A stretch of 63,341 nucleotides of DNA, counting the filler, from Octopus bimaculoides (taxonomy: Eukaryota): the NCBI RefSeq assembly GCF_001194135.2. It is 5 parts of 5 records of this genome, joined end to end, with 100 filler letters (N's around TTAATTAATTAA, not from the genome) between each part and the next. Parts side by side here need not be neighbours in the genome. Positions count along the whole stretch, not along the records: positions 1 to 31,962 come from NC_068988.1; 4 more parts are not named here. One strand, given 5' to 3'. A model generated the notes under the pieces. That model was given only the letters and a program-made list of their open reading frames with translations, ran no database searches and had not been told where the DNA came from. The translations under genes and the position numbers were made by a program. The stretch's first letter is position 1, and each line of letters opens with the position of its first letter. This document shows positions 12,900 to 25,189 of the stretch, piece by piece.

Positions 12900-13146
12900 T
12901 ATCATCATCATCATCATCATCATCATCTCGTCGTCGTCGTCGTCATCGTCATTTAACATCCGCTTTCCATGCTGGCATGGGTTGGGTGGTTTGACTGAAG
13001 ACTGACAAGCCAGAAGGCTGCACCAGGCTCCAATCTGATCTGGCAAAGTTTCTACAGCTGGATGCCCTTCTTAATGCTGACCACTCTGAACGTGTAGTGG
13101 ATGCTTTTTACATGCTACCGGCATGAGGGTCAGTCAGGTAGTACTG
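12900..13146 (-). mobile_element. SINE-like repeat, family D with (ATG)n tail
   Basis: Reverse complement of the 24625-24945 copy (GGAAGGGCATCCAGCTGTA...CCATGC.AGCATGGAA...CGTTAAA). Other copies at 16350-16535 (-), 17855-17930, 23590-23750 and 7785-7870. Confidence 0.65.
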
Positions 13147-15156
13147 TAGGAACCAGCAGTAGTTACCCATCATGTGTGGATTGAACTGGCCTTGATACCA
13201 CGTTTCCATCTCAGATATATCCTGGTGGAACCTCTCACCATGTTCATCACTAAAGTCACCAAGATTCGTTGGAAAAAAAACATGAAATGAGAATGCAAGA
13301 AGTGAATTTTAAGGGACATTTGGCATCCGATTCTTTCATATACTATTAGCATCTTGTTTATTAAATCAACATAGTTTTCATAGTTTCCAAGAAAGTTTTG
13401 TACAACTAACACAAAGGACTCCCATGCCATCAGCTCAACTGGATTCAGTTTACCTCTGAATTTGCTATCNNNNNNNNNNTGAATTTGCTATCAGATATCA
13501 ATTCTCTGATCTCGGGTCCAATGAAACTGCTTGTTTTCAGTTTTGCATCACTTTTCTCTGCACCAAATTTTACTTTTAGGTACTGGAAGCCACAATCATC
13601 ATGTGTCATTGCTTTTACAAAGTTTTTCATGAGGCTGAGTTTGATGTGAAGAGGTGGAAGGAAGATCTTTTACGGGTCTACCAGTGGCATATCCTGCACA
13701 TTGTACCGACCAACTATGTGCTCAGCTCTTTTAGGCCAGTCTTTTATAGTGTAATGATTACTGTCATCACAGCTGTTCCAAACACACAAGAAGCACATAT
13801 TTTTGGTATATCCCAGCTGCAGTCCTAGGAGGAGGGAAATCATCTTTAAATCACCACAAATATTCCACTTGTGAACTGAGTAATTAAATCCTTTCAGAAA
13901 GGGTTCCATCGATTCATAAGTTTCTTCCATACCGACAACATGACCCACAGGGATCGAAGGCTTTTCATTACCATTATGTGACAACACAGCTTTGAGGCTA
14001 ACCTTACCTGTGTCTATAAACAATCTCCATTTGTTAGCCACGTTCACGTGTTCTAGTTTTTGCATGAGTGCATTAACATCAATACAGAAAAAGAAAGAAA
14101 AGCCTTTATGGCAAGTACAGAAAATAGAAATTTTCATACCTTACTGTAGGAGAGTCTGTTGTTGTAGTTTGGATCCCAAAACTTCTGCCCTTTGCTTTGA
14201 CAATGCTGGGTCTCTTACTAAATTGTTCAAATCTTCTTGATTAAACTAGCCTGGCTCATTTTTCTTAGAATCACCTACATACTCTTCATTAATAGGAAAG
14301 TCAGGGGATACATCATGCAAGGTGTCAAGCTTTTCAAGTGAAGCATGTGAGAGGGGAACTGGGACAGGGTTCTTGAAGTCATGTGGGACTTACAATCTGC
14401 ATAAACAATTTTTGCTTTGGCCTTCTTTCAGAAACAACTAGTATTAATCATGCAAATGTAACAATCAGAGACATGACTGGTTGGCTCACACCATACCAAT
14501 GGTACAGCAAAAAGCATTCCATGACGTTTTCCATTCAGCCACTGTGTAAGCTCTGAGTAACACACGGTGCAGCATATATGAGGTGCCCACCTCTTGTCTT
14601 GGTCCCCAACTTTACACCCAAAATAATATTTATAGGCAGTTTTTAATTTGGTGGCAATGTTCCTCTGCTGGTCACATGGAGCAAATTTTCTACAGTCATA
14701 ACAAAAGTTGTCTGGGTGATTCACACAGCCTCTCCTATTCATGATCTAACACAATGAACACAGCACAGTTAAAACAGTAATCACACACAGCGAGAGATAC
14801 ACATGCCACACATGACGGTAGTGCAAGCAACACTGAGTTAGCAAGAACAAACTGACGTATTTGGCATTGCATACAATACGTCAGTACCATCTATTGCTAA
14901 ACTAAATAATGAACTTTCTCATCATTTGTTCTATTGCTGTTATTTCTGTAATTTTGAATTAAGACCGTTTTCATTTTAGCAAATTTTATAATACAGCCTG
15001 TATGTAGCTGAAGGTATAGTTATAATCTTTCACATGCTCATAACTTAAAATCCTGATGTGCTAGAACAATTCTGAGTGTGGATTGGGAATCAACATCCTC
15101 GATTTGGTCTTAAACACCTGCTTTTACCCCAGTAGCAAAATCTTTGTTGTTCAGTG
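13146..15156 (-). mobile_element. Chapaev3-like (CMC superfamily) DNA transposon, decayed
   Basis: N-terminal Cys/His domain CVNHPDNFCYDC...DQDKRWAPHICCTVC...WCEPTSHVSDCYIC. Core motifs FIDTGKVSLKAVL, ICGDLKMI...GYTKNMCFLCVW, GPEIR, NFLGN...MSLKIHFLH and EHGERFHQDI. The 5' end reads CACTGAAC preceded by TAA on the minus strand; the 3' end was not found. Superfamily assignment is from motif recall. Confidence 0.75.
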
Positions 15157-15304
15157 TTATTTATTTAAAATGATATATGTCTACTATGAACTTCCAGTAA
15201 TACGTGTGCCATGATACACAGTGACCCACCAAAGTTAGCTATACCATACCTACACATATGTGCCCTACCAACTTTGTTTCCTCATGGCTTTAAGAAAAAT
15301 AGAC

Positions 15305-15680
15305 ATTTTTTAATGAAATTCTCTACACGTATGCTTCAGATAGTGTAGATTCTGATTACATCAGAATTTGTTTTGAAATATATCTTTTGAAAAAGAAATA
15401 CAATTTGTGTCACTATGTATGTGTGTTATCCAACAAATTTTTATTTTCATATTAAATTCCTACATAATTGTAATCTATACTCTCTGAAAAGTATTTGTCA
15501 AAATTTTCTTTTAAAAATATCTATTTTTCAGAAAGCTTTTATGGAACCAAACCTGACTTGCATGAATTTTCCTCTCCTCACTTACATGAAAACATTATTT
15601 TAAAAAACAAACATAACTGAAACCTACACTATCTGAAGCAAATAGAAAATTTGTAGAAAATTTCATTCAAAATTATCCAT
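15305..15680. mobile_element. Old MITE-like element with degenerate ~70-bp inverted repeats
   Basis: GCTTCAGATAGTGTAG (~15334) and CTACACTATCTGAAGC (~15624) are exact reverse complements; the flanking AATGAAATT.TCTACA is also inverted. Confidence 0.45.
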
Positions 15681-16899
15681 CTTTGTGGAAGTTATGAAGA
15701 AACAAAATTGGTGGTGCACATTTATGTATGTATGCCCATTGCTTTAACATAAGTAATATTAAGCTTTCGTTGCTATTATATATCTTGATGTCAGCTTGTT
15801 TTGCAATACTTTCACTTTGTATGTATCAATATTTAATTATATAACTGCATGTTATATACAAACAAAGAATATACTTCTTTTATTTGGTTTGCATCAAATG
15901 AATGACAATAATGTGAATGAGATGTGCTCGATTTTTCTCTACACATAAACATAAATAAGATAACTGTATTTATGATTATGATTTAGCAACGAATACTAAC
16001 TATATTAAAAATGCATTATAGTGTGTGTATATATATATATATATATATATGTTATAAATTTTATTGGCAGTAACTAGGTAGTAATTTTTTTGTTGCTTTA
16101 TAAATGCATATTCTCTTAACAAAGTTGCATTTCATCAAATAATCCTATGTTTTCATTATTGATTTCCAAGCTTTATTCATGTTGCATATCTTGCTGTCCT
16201 TCTTCCCACGTGCATGCTATATGTATACTTATCCAAATACACTCTATAGAATATATGATAAAACGATATCAAACCAATGTAAAATACATTATCTTAAAGT
16301 GTGTTTACACATATGTGTGTGTGTGCGTGTGCGTGCATATGTGATTGCATCATCACCATCATCATCATCATTATCATTATCATTTAATATCCATTTTCCA
16401 TGATGGTATGGGCTGAATGGTTTGATAGGAGCTAGCAAATCAGATGACTGCAACAAGCTGTACTGCTAGTTTAGCATGGTTTCTACGGTTGATGCCCTTC
16501 CTATTACCAAACATTTTACTGAGCATACTGAGTGCTTTATAAATATATAAATATCTATGTGTGTTTATATATATATCATATATGTTGTTGCATTTTAATG
16601 TCCATCTCTCCATGCCTGCATAGGTTGGAGGGAATTTTTTAAGTTGGATTTTGTAGATCTGTTATTTCATGCTTGCATGAGTTGGACAGGAACTCACCTT
16701 AGACATTATGTTACAATCAGATGCTTCTCATGTCATCAACCTTTGCCTGTTTTTTGAGTGATAAATTTTTTTTATTTCATATCTCTTAAAACAATAACAA
16801 GTCATCACAGAAGAGTAAAAGGAAGCACAGAATACACTGTTATGTCAAATATAGGATGTCAGCAATGACAACCAAAAGTACATTCATAGTACCCAAGAT

Positions 16900-17820
16900 T
16901 AAACAGAAAAAGAAAGAAAAGTGAGTAGTAAAAGATCCATGAAGAGGTAACGAGGTACATAGGCATGTTAAGAGTATCGGTGATGAAATTAAGAAAGCAT
17001 AGAATTTTTGACAGGTTGTTTATTCCATGCTTTGACAATTCTGAGAGGTTTTTTTTTCTCTTTCAGAATTGTGTGTTTTTTATGATTTTATAAGCATGTC
17101 CACAGAGGGTAGAGATATAGAATTCAGAAAGGTAGTTGAGGTTGTTTTGGGAAAGCTGGTGGATAATCTCATGAGATTCTACAAAGTCAGCTACTAAATG
17201 TCAAAGATCTGAGAAACGAAAGATTTTGGATCTAAGTAACTGACCGAGGATATTTGTTTGGTTGTGTGTCCCTTTATAGTTCCAATTAGATCAATATTCT
17301 GGACAAGATTGGGATTTCAGGCTGGAAATGTAAACTGAGTATACATACCATAACCATATGTAGCTTTAAATAAATAGCTGGTGAGGGGCTGACTAAGACC
17401 TTACAGAGCAATGCTAAAATACTTTCGGCCTTTTTATTGATTTTAAAAATTTGGTTCAATGTAAAACATTGTTAATAATAATGCTAATCTCTCGTTCATC
17501 ACCATACTTCTCAAGGAAGTTGTGGAGGGAATAAGTAAATGCACTTGTCCAACAGTCAACTTCAGTTGTCAGTCAGCAATTCATTGCTGCAATGTGTCCA
17601 GGTCCAATTGCCAGAAAAGTCAATACCCTATAGGATCCATTCTTTTTATCTCTAAGTACAGTTTAATGTCATTTGCTTAAAGTCAGCATTAATTCATTAA
17701 TGTAAACAACCAATAGGGAATCAAGAGCAAGATCCTTATTGAATGCTACATGTTGTTGCATAAAGTGCAGATTGTTTTCCTAGTATCATGACAACCTCTT
17801 TTTGACCAAGAATGAAAGTC
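16900..17820 (-). mobile_element. CR1/L2-like LINE RT C-terminal relic
   Basis: Frameshifted matches to IALY.LV.P.L.Y, QNIDLIGTIK.HTTKQI and AD...HEII, recognisable but heavily decayed. Confidence 0.4.
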
Positions 17821-18459
17821 ATCAAGCAGTTACAAATATAAACCCTCATGTCCCACCCATGCTAGCATGGAAGGTGGATGTTAAGCGATGAAGTTGATGA
17901 TGATGATGACGACGATGATGACGATGATGCTCATCGCAGAGAGCTTGACCACATGTTGTTTGGGGACACACAATTAAAGGCTTAGATAAAATCCATCCAT
18001 GAGCTGCCATCTGTGATCTGGGTGTTGTTTACAAGAAATTTAGTTAGTTGGTTATAGTAACTGGAGTTATGGTTAAATTCATATTGTAAAGGTTGGATAA
18101 GGTTGTGAGAGTTCCAGAAGTTCCAGAGTTTCTTTATGACAAAAGACTATCAGTTTGGTGATACTGGTGAGACTGGTTGGTTGATAAGTGACAGATGCTG
18201 CAGGCACATTCTTTTTGAATAGAGGAATAACATCAACAAAAATTGTAAACATTGTGTTACCATTTCACTCAGATATTGATAAGTGAAATCATGAGAAGCA
18301 AAGTAGTGAAGTAAAGATCCTTCCCGAGTCACATAGACTCTTGGGGCTGGTTTCCCAGTTTCCATAGCATATATATTCCCCACCTGGACAGGACGCTAGT
18401 CCATTGCATACGATTTTGATCAGACCTCATACACACACTTACACTCAGTTATATACACT

Positions 18460-18533
18460 AAGGCATACTTCATCATGATCATGATTACCATCATCATCAA
18501 CATCACCAATGTCATCATCATAATCATCATAAT

Positions 18534-18564
<31 letters not shown>

Positions 18565-18706
18565 AGCAGCAACGTTGTCATCATTTTCATTGTCATAATA
18601 ATTGTTATCATCATTATCATCAGCATCACCATCATCCTGTTCATACTCTTCGGCACCTTCATCACCATAGCCACAACCATCATCATCATCATCATCATCA
18701 TCATCA
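18460..18706. repeat. Compound (CAT)n/(CAG)n trinucleotide microsatellite
   Basis: Directly visible; produces poly-Ile and poly-Met ORFs. Confidence 0.93.
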
Positions 18707-19199
18707 TGTTACATCCTCTTTCCACCCTGACATATGTTAATGGCAGGGTGGATCATCACAGGGTGATTCAAATTCTTATTCAGAGTCATTGCCTCCTGAC
18801 AATCTCAGAGGATCCCATCTCCATTGTTTCATTCTGGGCTAAGTTTCTAAGACAGCATGTCCTTTCTATGATCAACTGCTTCACACACATACTATTTATA
18901 GATATATGTGCAAAGTGATATTGGGTTCTGCTCCACTGCACAGCACCTTGGGCAAGTATCTTTCACTATAGCTCCAGTTTGACCAATACCTTCTGACTGG
19001 ATTTGGCAGACAGAAACTGAAAGAAGCCTGTTAAGCTTGTTGAGTGTGTGTATGCATGCTTGTTTGTTTGTTTTTTTCTTTGAGTTTTATTTAATTTCTT
19101 TTTGAGAGAGTTCAAGCAGATCACTAACAAAGTAAAAAGACTTTTTGAATTAAGAGAGTTTTCAGTGTTTGTAAATATGTGGTTGAGTTTGAGTGTTGG

Positions 19200-20585
19200 T
19201 TGAACTGTCGTTGCATACACTCAAGTATGTGCTTCCATTTACATAAGACTCTCAGATGGGGAATTTTTGGAATGTCTTACAAATCTTCACTGTACATCAG
19301 TTTCGTTTGCTCTTTCTCTGCGAAACTGAGTATCTCTAGGTTTTTGCACAAATTTGTTGGTACATAATCTAATGCACCTTTGATGATAGGTATAAATGAG
19401 AATTCATTGTCAGAGTACAAGAGTTGTAAATTTCACATAAATGTTCTCTTTTACCTGGGCTTTTGATTGTACATTCACATCTGCTGGGCAGTTGACCTCT
19501 ACAACAGTGTGTTACTTTTGTTCCCTCTCTCGCTAAACAATATCAGGTCTGCTATGTTTGCATCGAATTAATGTTTTTTTTCTTTTTAGATTTTCTGCCA
19601 GTATTTCTTGTTTTTAAAGGTGTGAATACTTGCTGGTTCTGACATGCTTTTGATGTATACATCAGGAGAGTCCTTCCTATGGATAGCATTGTAAACAGAT
19701 AGTCTTTGCAAATATTTCATGCCCTAGGGGCAGGTAGTGTCTCATACACATTTTGGGGCAGCTGCTGCTGATGTGGGTGATATCTTCCACACTGGTCTTA
19801 ACAGAGAACTGACATTTTTATTGCAGCATGGAGGTTTGGTGGTATCTTTATCCCTCTTGTTTATCTCCTGTTCCTGGATAGCAAAGGCGTATTCTTTCAG
19901 GTTGAATGTAATGTATCTATCACAGGTTCTGGAGAGGCTTATCTTCTATGGTGTTGTTGCCTTCTAGCTTATGGAATATGTACCCATGCTCTGATTTTTG
20001 CTGGTATGTTGCTTGCTTCTCCTCAAAGCTTCTGTTTAGGTAGGCCAGTCCAGCCTCTTTTGAGATGCTATTTTCAGAATACCTGCACAGTTGTTCTTCT
20101 CCAACTCTGAAGATGTTTTTGTTCTTACTTTTGAGTTTGCATAGAATGTACTCATTTCTTTCTTTACTGTTCAACAGATTGTTTGAGTGATACAATGCAA
20201 CATTCAAAGACTGCTTGGACTGACCTTATGCTTCTACCACCATAAATCCTATCGTTGTCACTGTAAATGTGAAAGTTACCAGCTGTGGTCAGTACCTTTC
20301 TGGTTTTGATGCCCAGGCTGCATATTTCATCGAGTGTCCAGTCTATTATACCTAAATGTTGGTACTAGCACTGGTACTTACTTAAAAAGTAAGAACTGGT
20401 GTTGATTTGTTTGACTAAATCTTTCAAAGTAATACTCCAGTATGGCCATAGAACAAAAACTGAAAGAAGTAGAAATTAGAAGATTAAAATTTACTCATAG
20501 ACACACATAGAGACATATATCTAATCATGCATACTACTCAATCACATACATGCATAAATGCATAAGTACACACACACACGCACGC

Positions 20586-20649
<64 letters not shown>

Positions 20650-21010
20650 TTGCTTGTATGTATACCCACATTCACATACATAGTACTATAGATACACAAA
20701 CATACAATCATGCCCATATAAATTACACAGAGAAATATAGACATTCACACACATATGCACACACACTCACACACACACATGCACTAACACACATATCACT
20801 CACATATAAAGATATTCAAGTACACATATACATACAGTCTTCATAATCATCAATGTTTTAGAGTCCATTTAGCAATCATTAGTCATTCTAAATCAGCTTC
20901 ATATCAAAGGAGCAATAATTGGTCAGGCACCAAAAAATTGGTTAGTTATAATTACCTTTCACAAAGACTTGGAAACAGAATACTAGTTACTGTTATTATT
21001 GCCGTCGTCG

Positions 21011-21043
<33 letters not shown>

Positions 21044-22344
21044 ATCAGTGATCTTATTTTTATTGCGTGATTTCTCTGTATTACTGAGTGCAGCTCTGGG
21101 TACCTTCGGTATTTGATGTAATGTTTTAGTTTGTTCATATTTTCTGTTTCAGTGAAACTGTTCAGTTGTCAATTAGAGAAAGCAAACTTGATTTTACTGA
21201 TACAACAGCCATGCAGTCTTCATCACATGACCATTAGATTGGCTTGTGTGACAGTTTCTTGCAAAAGACATGCAACAGCACTGTTACAAAACAATGATGC
21301 TACATTTCACTATATCAATTAGGAGGAACTGTTTTGCTTGGTCATCATTTGTTCCAAGTTGGTCCTCTGATCACCTGGACTTAGTTCTGCTTCTGGTTTT
21401 AGTTTAGAATCCTAGTTTTGCTCAACATCCTCAGTACATTTTCTTACTTGGTCATTCTGCACCAGAACTATTTTGTTTTTCTTTACCACCAATGATGTAT
21501 TTCTGCTCTTCTATATTAGATATTAGGCTTTTTCAGATATTGTGCTGGGTTTCAGATATAGCACTGGACTTAGGAACAAACCACAGAAAGACATCAACTC
21601 CAAAAGATATTGTTAAAGGTGTCACATCTAATGTCACAGCAATGCTGAAGGCTTTTTCTTTCTTCCAGTATGGAGAATTGACTAGTAACTGAGAACAAAT
21701 CATCAAAAACAGGAACCAGAGGATCCAGATTATTTAATGAAAGCATTAATTTGGCTCACTGTCTGTACCATTCTTTTAATCTAACCATCAGACATTGGCA
21801 GAATTTTAAAAGATTTCCAACTTCTTTAGCCATTCTAACAATGTCCAATCATGTAACTTCACAGCATTATTAGAAACACATGTATGCGAAAAACTCGCAC
21901 CTAGTAAAAATAATTCTCAAAATATTGATCAGTTTTAGCCAGCCAGTCATTAACCCTGATAATTAGACTAGGCTAATTGGGTTTGCTACATATTCCCTCT
22001 CAGTAAGCTTGAATTACTGCTGGTATTGGTGTGTCTTCTTGTGCTGAGATATTTTTGTCAACTCTTTTGGTATTTTGAGTGAAATATTATCTCTCAGAAA
22101 GTAACACTCACCTGCTTAAATTGTTTTGTTGCAGATGTTTTAGCTTGTAAGCTTTGTCTCATATTTTCTTTTACTTCTGAAATATTGATATTTAACATTT
22201 TTCATAGTTTTTTTTTTTTTTTTTTTGTCTGTTTCATGTTCATTTGGTTCTCTAGCTTTCTATCTCCATTTTACTAAATAAAAGACAGGCCTTTTCTGTC
22301 TTCTCAGTCTTACTTATATCTTATTTCTAGGTTTGTGTGAGTAG

Positions 22345-22411
<67 letters not shown>

Positions 22412-22800
22412 TCTCTCTCTACTTATTCCTTTGTAACTAGAGAAGCAGTTGCCACTGATTACTGTTCATTAATTTTGTCATGTTTTAGTTTCTTTGTGGT
22501 TTAAGTGAGACCCTTTTCAACATTAACAGTGCTTCATCAGATGTGTTGTATGTTTTTGCCTTGTTTGTTGCCAGGATGGGACTGAATGTCTACTTTTATT
22601 ACAGCCGTGTATTTTATTGAGTGTTACTAGGAGAGTTTTGATGGTCTTTATCATTTTTCAAGGTTTAGTTTTTTTTCTCAGTATTCTATTTTTATTTTTA
22701 TATTTTTTTATTTACTTACCACCTTATTTACTTCTTGTGTTTATTTCTCTTCAGTTTCAATAAAATTAAAACAGAGATGACCAGTGAGAGACCATCTACA
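19200..22800 (-). mobile_element. R4/Dong-like non-LTR retrotransposon (RT + CCHC + restriction-like endonuclease), decayed, interrupted at ~20350-21050
   Basis: Minus-strand pieces: zinc-knuckle region KCQF...VEDITHISSSCPKM (~19745-19810); RLE motifs HSRPDIV, VEVNCPADVN and IPIIKGAL.YVP (~19370-19550); degraded RT motifs WLD.K...DSV and IF.G.D.LSV (~21600-21800). Confidence 0.65.
22347..22420. repeat. (CT)n microsatellite
   Basis: Directly visible. Confidence 0.95.
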
Positions 22801-23292
22801 CATTATATGTGTGGTCACACTTGTTGAGTTGCTTTCTTCCTTTAGTGAGGTTTTATCTCTTTCTTTCTTTTTCTGTGTGTAGATTCTCATGTAATGTGTT
22901 CATTTGTTTGTAGTGGGTTATTGTTTTATATTGTTCAGATATTTTGTTTTATTTTCAATATCAATTTAAATTTGTCTGTTTCAATTTTTGTTTCTCACTC
23001 TTGTTTACTGCAAATTTTTGTATGTTCCTTAATGTGTTGTGTGTGATATTTTCTTCACTTTTCTTCTTTTTCTCCATACTTCTTATGTCTCTTTTATGAT
23101 ACTCGCACATTTTAGATATAGTGTTGCCTCTAACACTTCATTATAGTTGTCACTAATCCAGCATTATGAATGCTTTTTGGATGCTGACAGCAAGAGATGG
23201 ACTATTTTATTTTTTCTATAGAGAGCTGTTGGTGAACTAGTTTTGTTTTTCTCTTTTGTATATTGATAGCACTAGCTCTAAAATAATAGGTG

Positions 23293-23450
23293 CAGCTGTG
23301 GCTGTATTGTTAAGAGGTTTGCTTTCCAGTCACATGGTTTGGGGTTCAGTTCCACTATGTGGAATATTGGGCAAGTGTTTTCTACTAAAGCCCTGGTTGA
23401 TCAAAGCCTTATGATTGGATTTAATAGTTAGAAACTGAAAGAGAGCCACA
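23293..23450 (+). mobile_element. tRNA-derived SINE, family A
   Basis: B-box-like GGGTTCAGTTCC; homologous to 6953-7108; followed by a (TG)n tail. Confidence 0.6.
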
Positions 23451-23900
23451 TGTGTGTGTGTATGTGTGTGTGTGTGTGCACACGCATGTGTGTGCGTGTG
23501 TGTGTGAGTATATATAGATGTATGTAAGTATGTATGTGTGAGTGTGTGTATCACTTCTTGATAGTTCTGCAAAAGGAAGTCTGGCAATGGCAAAAATGTT
23601 ATGTTACTTGCAAATAGGTGAGTATCGGCAATGTAAAGGGTTTCTGGCTGTAGAAAATCTGCCACAATAAACTCTATCCAATCTGTGCAAGCATGGAAAA
23701 GTGGACTTTAAAACAACAACAACGATGATTATGACAATAATGACAACAATGATTGCAGTACACTCATATTAAAAATAAAATTCAGAACTGGCTTTGCTGC
23801 TGATTGATTTAACCTGAGGAGCAAGGATTCATTGTTTTAACTAGTGTAGGCTGTATTTTAAAATCATGTTTTGTTTTTAAAATATTTCGTTTTGTCTCAT

Positions 23901-23944
<44 letters not shown>

Positions 23945-24624
23945 CAGAATATTGTGTGAACAATAAGTATCAGCTGTACTTACTGTATCACTCCATGTCA
24001 ATTTGTTTGTATTTGATAGTTCAATCCACTCTTGTTTGTTCCCATATGTGAACCTCATTTACCTCTATATTTCAATAATATATTTTGTTATAATCACATA
24101 CATTCACAAATATATCAGTTTGACATACTGAAAACCATAAAAACAACAATTTCTCCATTTTCAACATATTTACAGATGGTGTCAGATTTATTTTAGGTTG
24201 TACTAAGAGATATGCTTACCTTTAACTATTGTGTTATTCAGCCCCTGCTGTGACCTTTATAACATCACTCTCTTAATTTACTTGTTAAATTTTATTTTCA
24301 TGTGAGTGCTGTAAACAGATTTATTACCAGGTCTTTATATGGAGCTGCATATATAACTATCCATGTTGTTCGTGTTGTTGTCATCATTCCCTTTCGATGG
24401 ACAAAATCAGTAGAGTGACAGACAAATACTTTTGATATTTAGTGGCACTACTTTACATTTTAAGTTCAAAATCATGTCGGGGTTGACCTTGCTTTTGATT
24501 TTTCTAGTGAAGATGAAATAGAGTACCATTAAAGTACTATGTCTAAATAATTCCCTAAACTCCTTCCTTCAAGTAGTTATTATAAATATGATATCATTTA
24601 AAAAAAATTTTTAATGTCTTGCAA

Positions 24625-24945
24625 GTACTTGGTGACCCTGTCAGTGAAGGTGTCACTTAAAAGCACTCAGTCCACACTGTAAAGTGGTTGGCATTTGGAA
24701 GGGCATCCAGCTGTAAAAACTTTGCCAAAACTGACCTTGCCTGTGTTTGTGCCATGTAAAAAGCACTAAGTCCACTCTGCTGAGTGGTTAGTGTTAGGAA
24801 GGGCATCCAGCTGTAAAAATCCTGCCAAAATAGTCACAGAAGTCTGGTGCAGGCTTCAGCCTGGCCACCTCTTGTGGTACCATCCCACCCATGCTAGCAT
24901 GGAAGACAGACGTTAAACGACGACGATGATGATGATGATGATGAT
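24625..24945 (+). mobile_element. SINE-like repeat, family D, with an internal ~100-bp direct duplication
   Basis: AAAAGCACT.AGTCCAC.CTG...GGAAGGGCATCCAGCTGTAAAAA occurs twice; (GAC/GAT)n tail. Confidence 0.65.
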
Positions 24946-25057
24946 TAATATGAGTGCTTTTATGCACCTTTAGTCTATAGAAGAGGTTCTCTCCGGGAAA
25001 ATAATGCAGTATTCAGTGTTCTGACAAAACATCCATGTTAAGCTGGACATAAAGATT

Positions 25058-25116
25058 TGTTGCTGTTGTTGTTGTTGTTGTTGTTGTTATCATTATCATT
25101 ATTATTATTATTATCA

Positions 25117-25183
<67 letters not shown>
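25058..25183. repeat. (TTG)n/(TTA)n microsatellite
   Basis: Directly visible. Confidence 0.95.
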
Positions 25184-25185
<2 letters not shown>

Positions 25186-25189
25186 CAAC

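Noticed and set aside
15620-15640. 9-nt microexon on the minus strand (TTTGCTTCAG|ATAGTGTAG|GTTTCA)
   Set aside because: The same 16-mer occurs inverted at ~15334 as part of a MITE-like repeat, and the donor is weak.
22500-22545. CTGATGA...GAAA on the minus strand as a hammerhead
   Set aside because: Stem II is possible but stems I and III cannot form; it lies in LINE coding debris.
24220-24308. Minus-strand exon with good splice sites (TTTACAG|...AAG|GTAAGC)
   Set aside because: All three frames contain stops; at most a non-coding exon, with no support.
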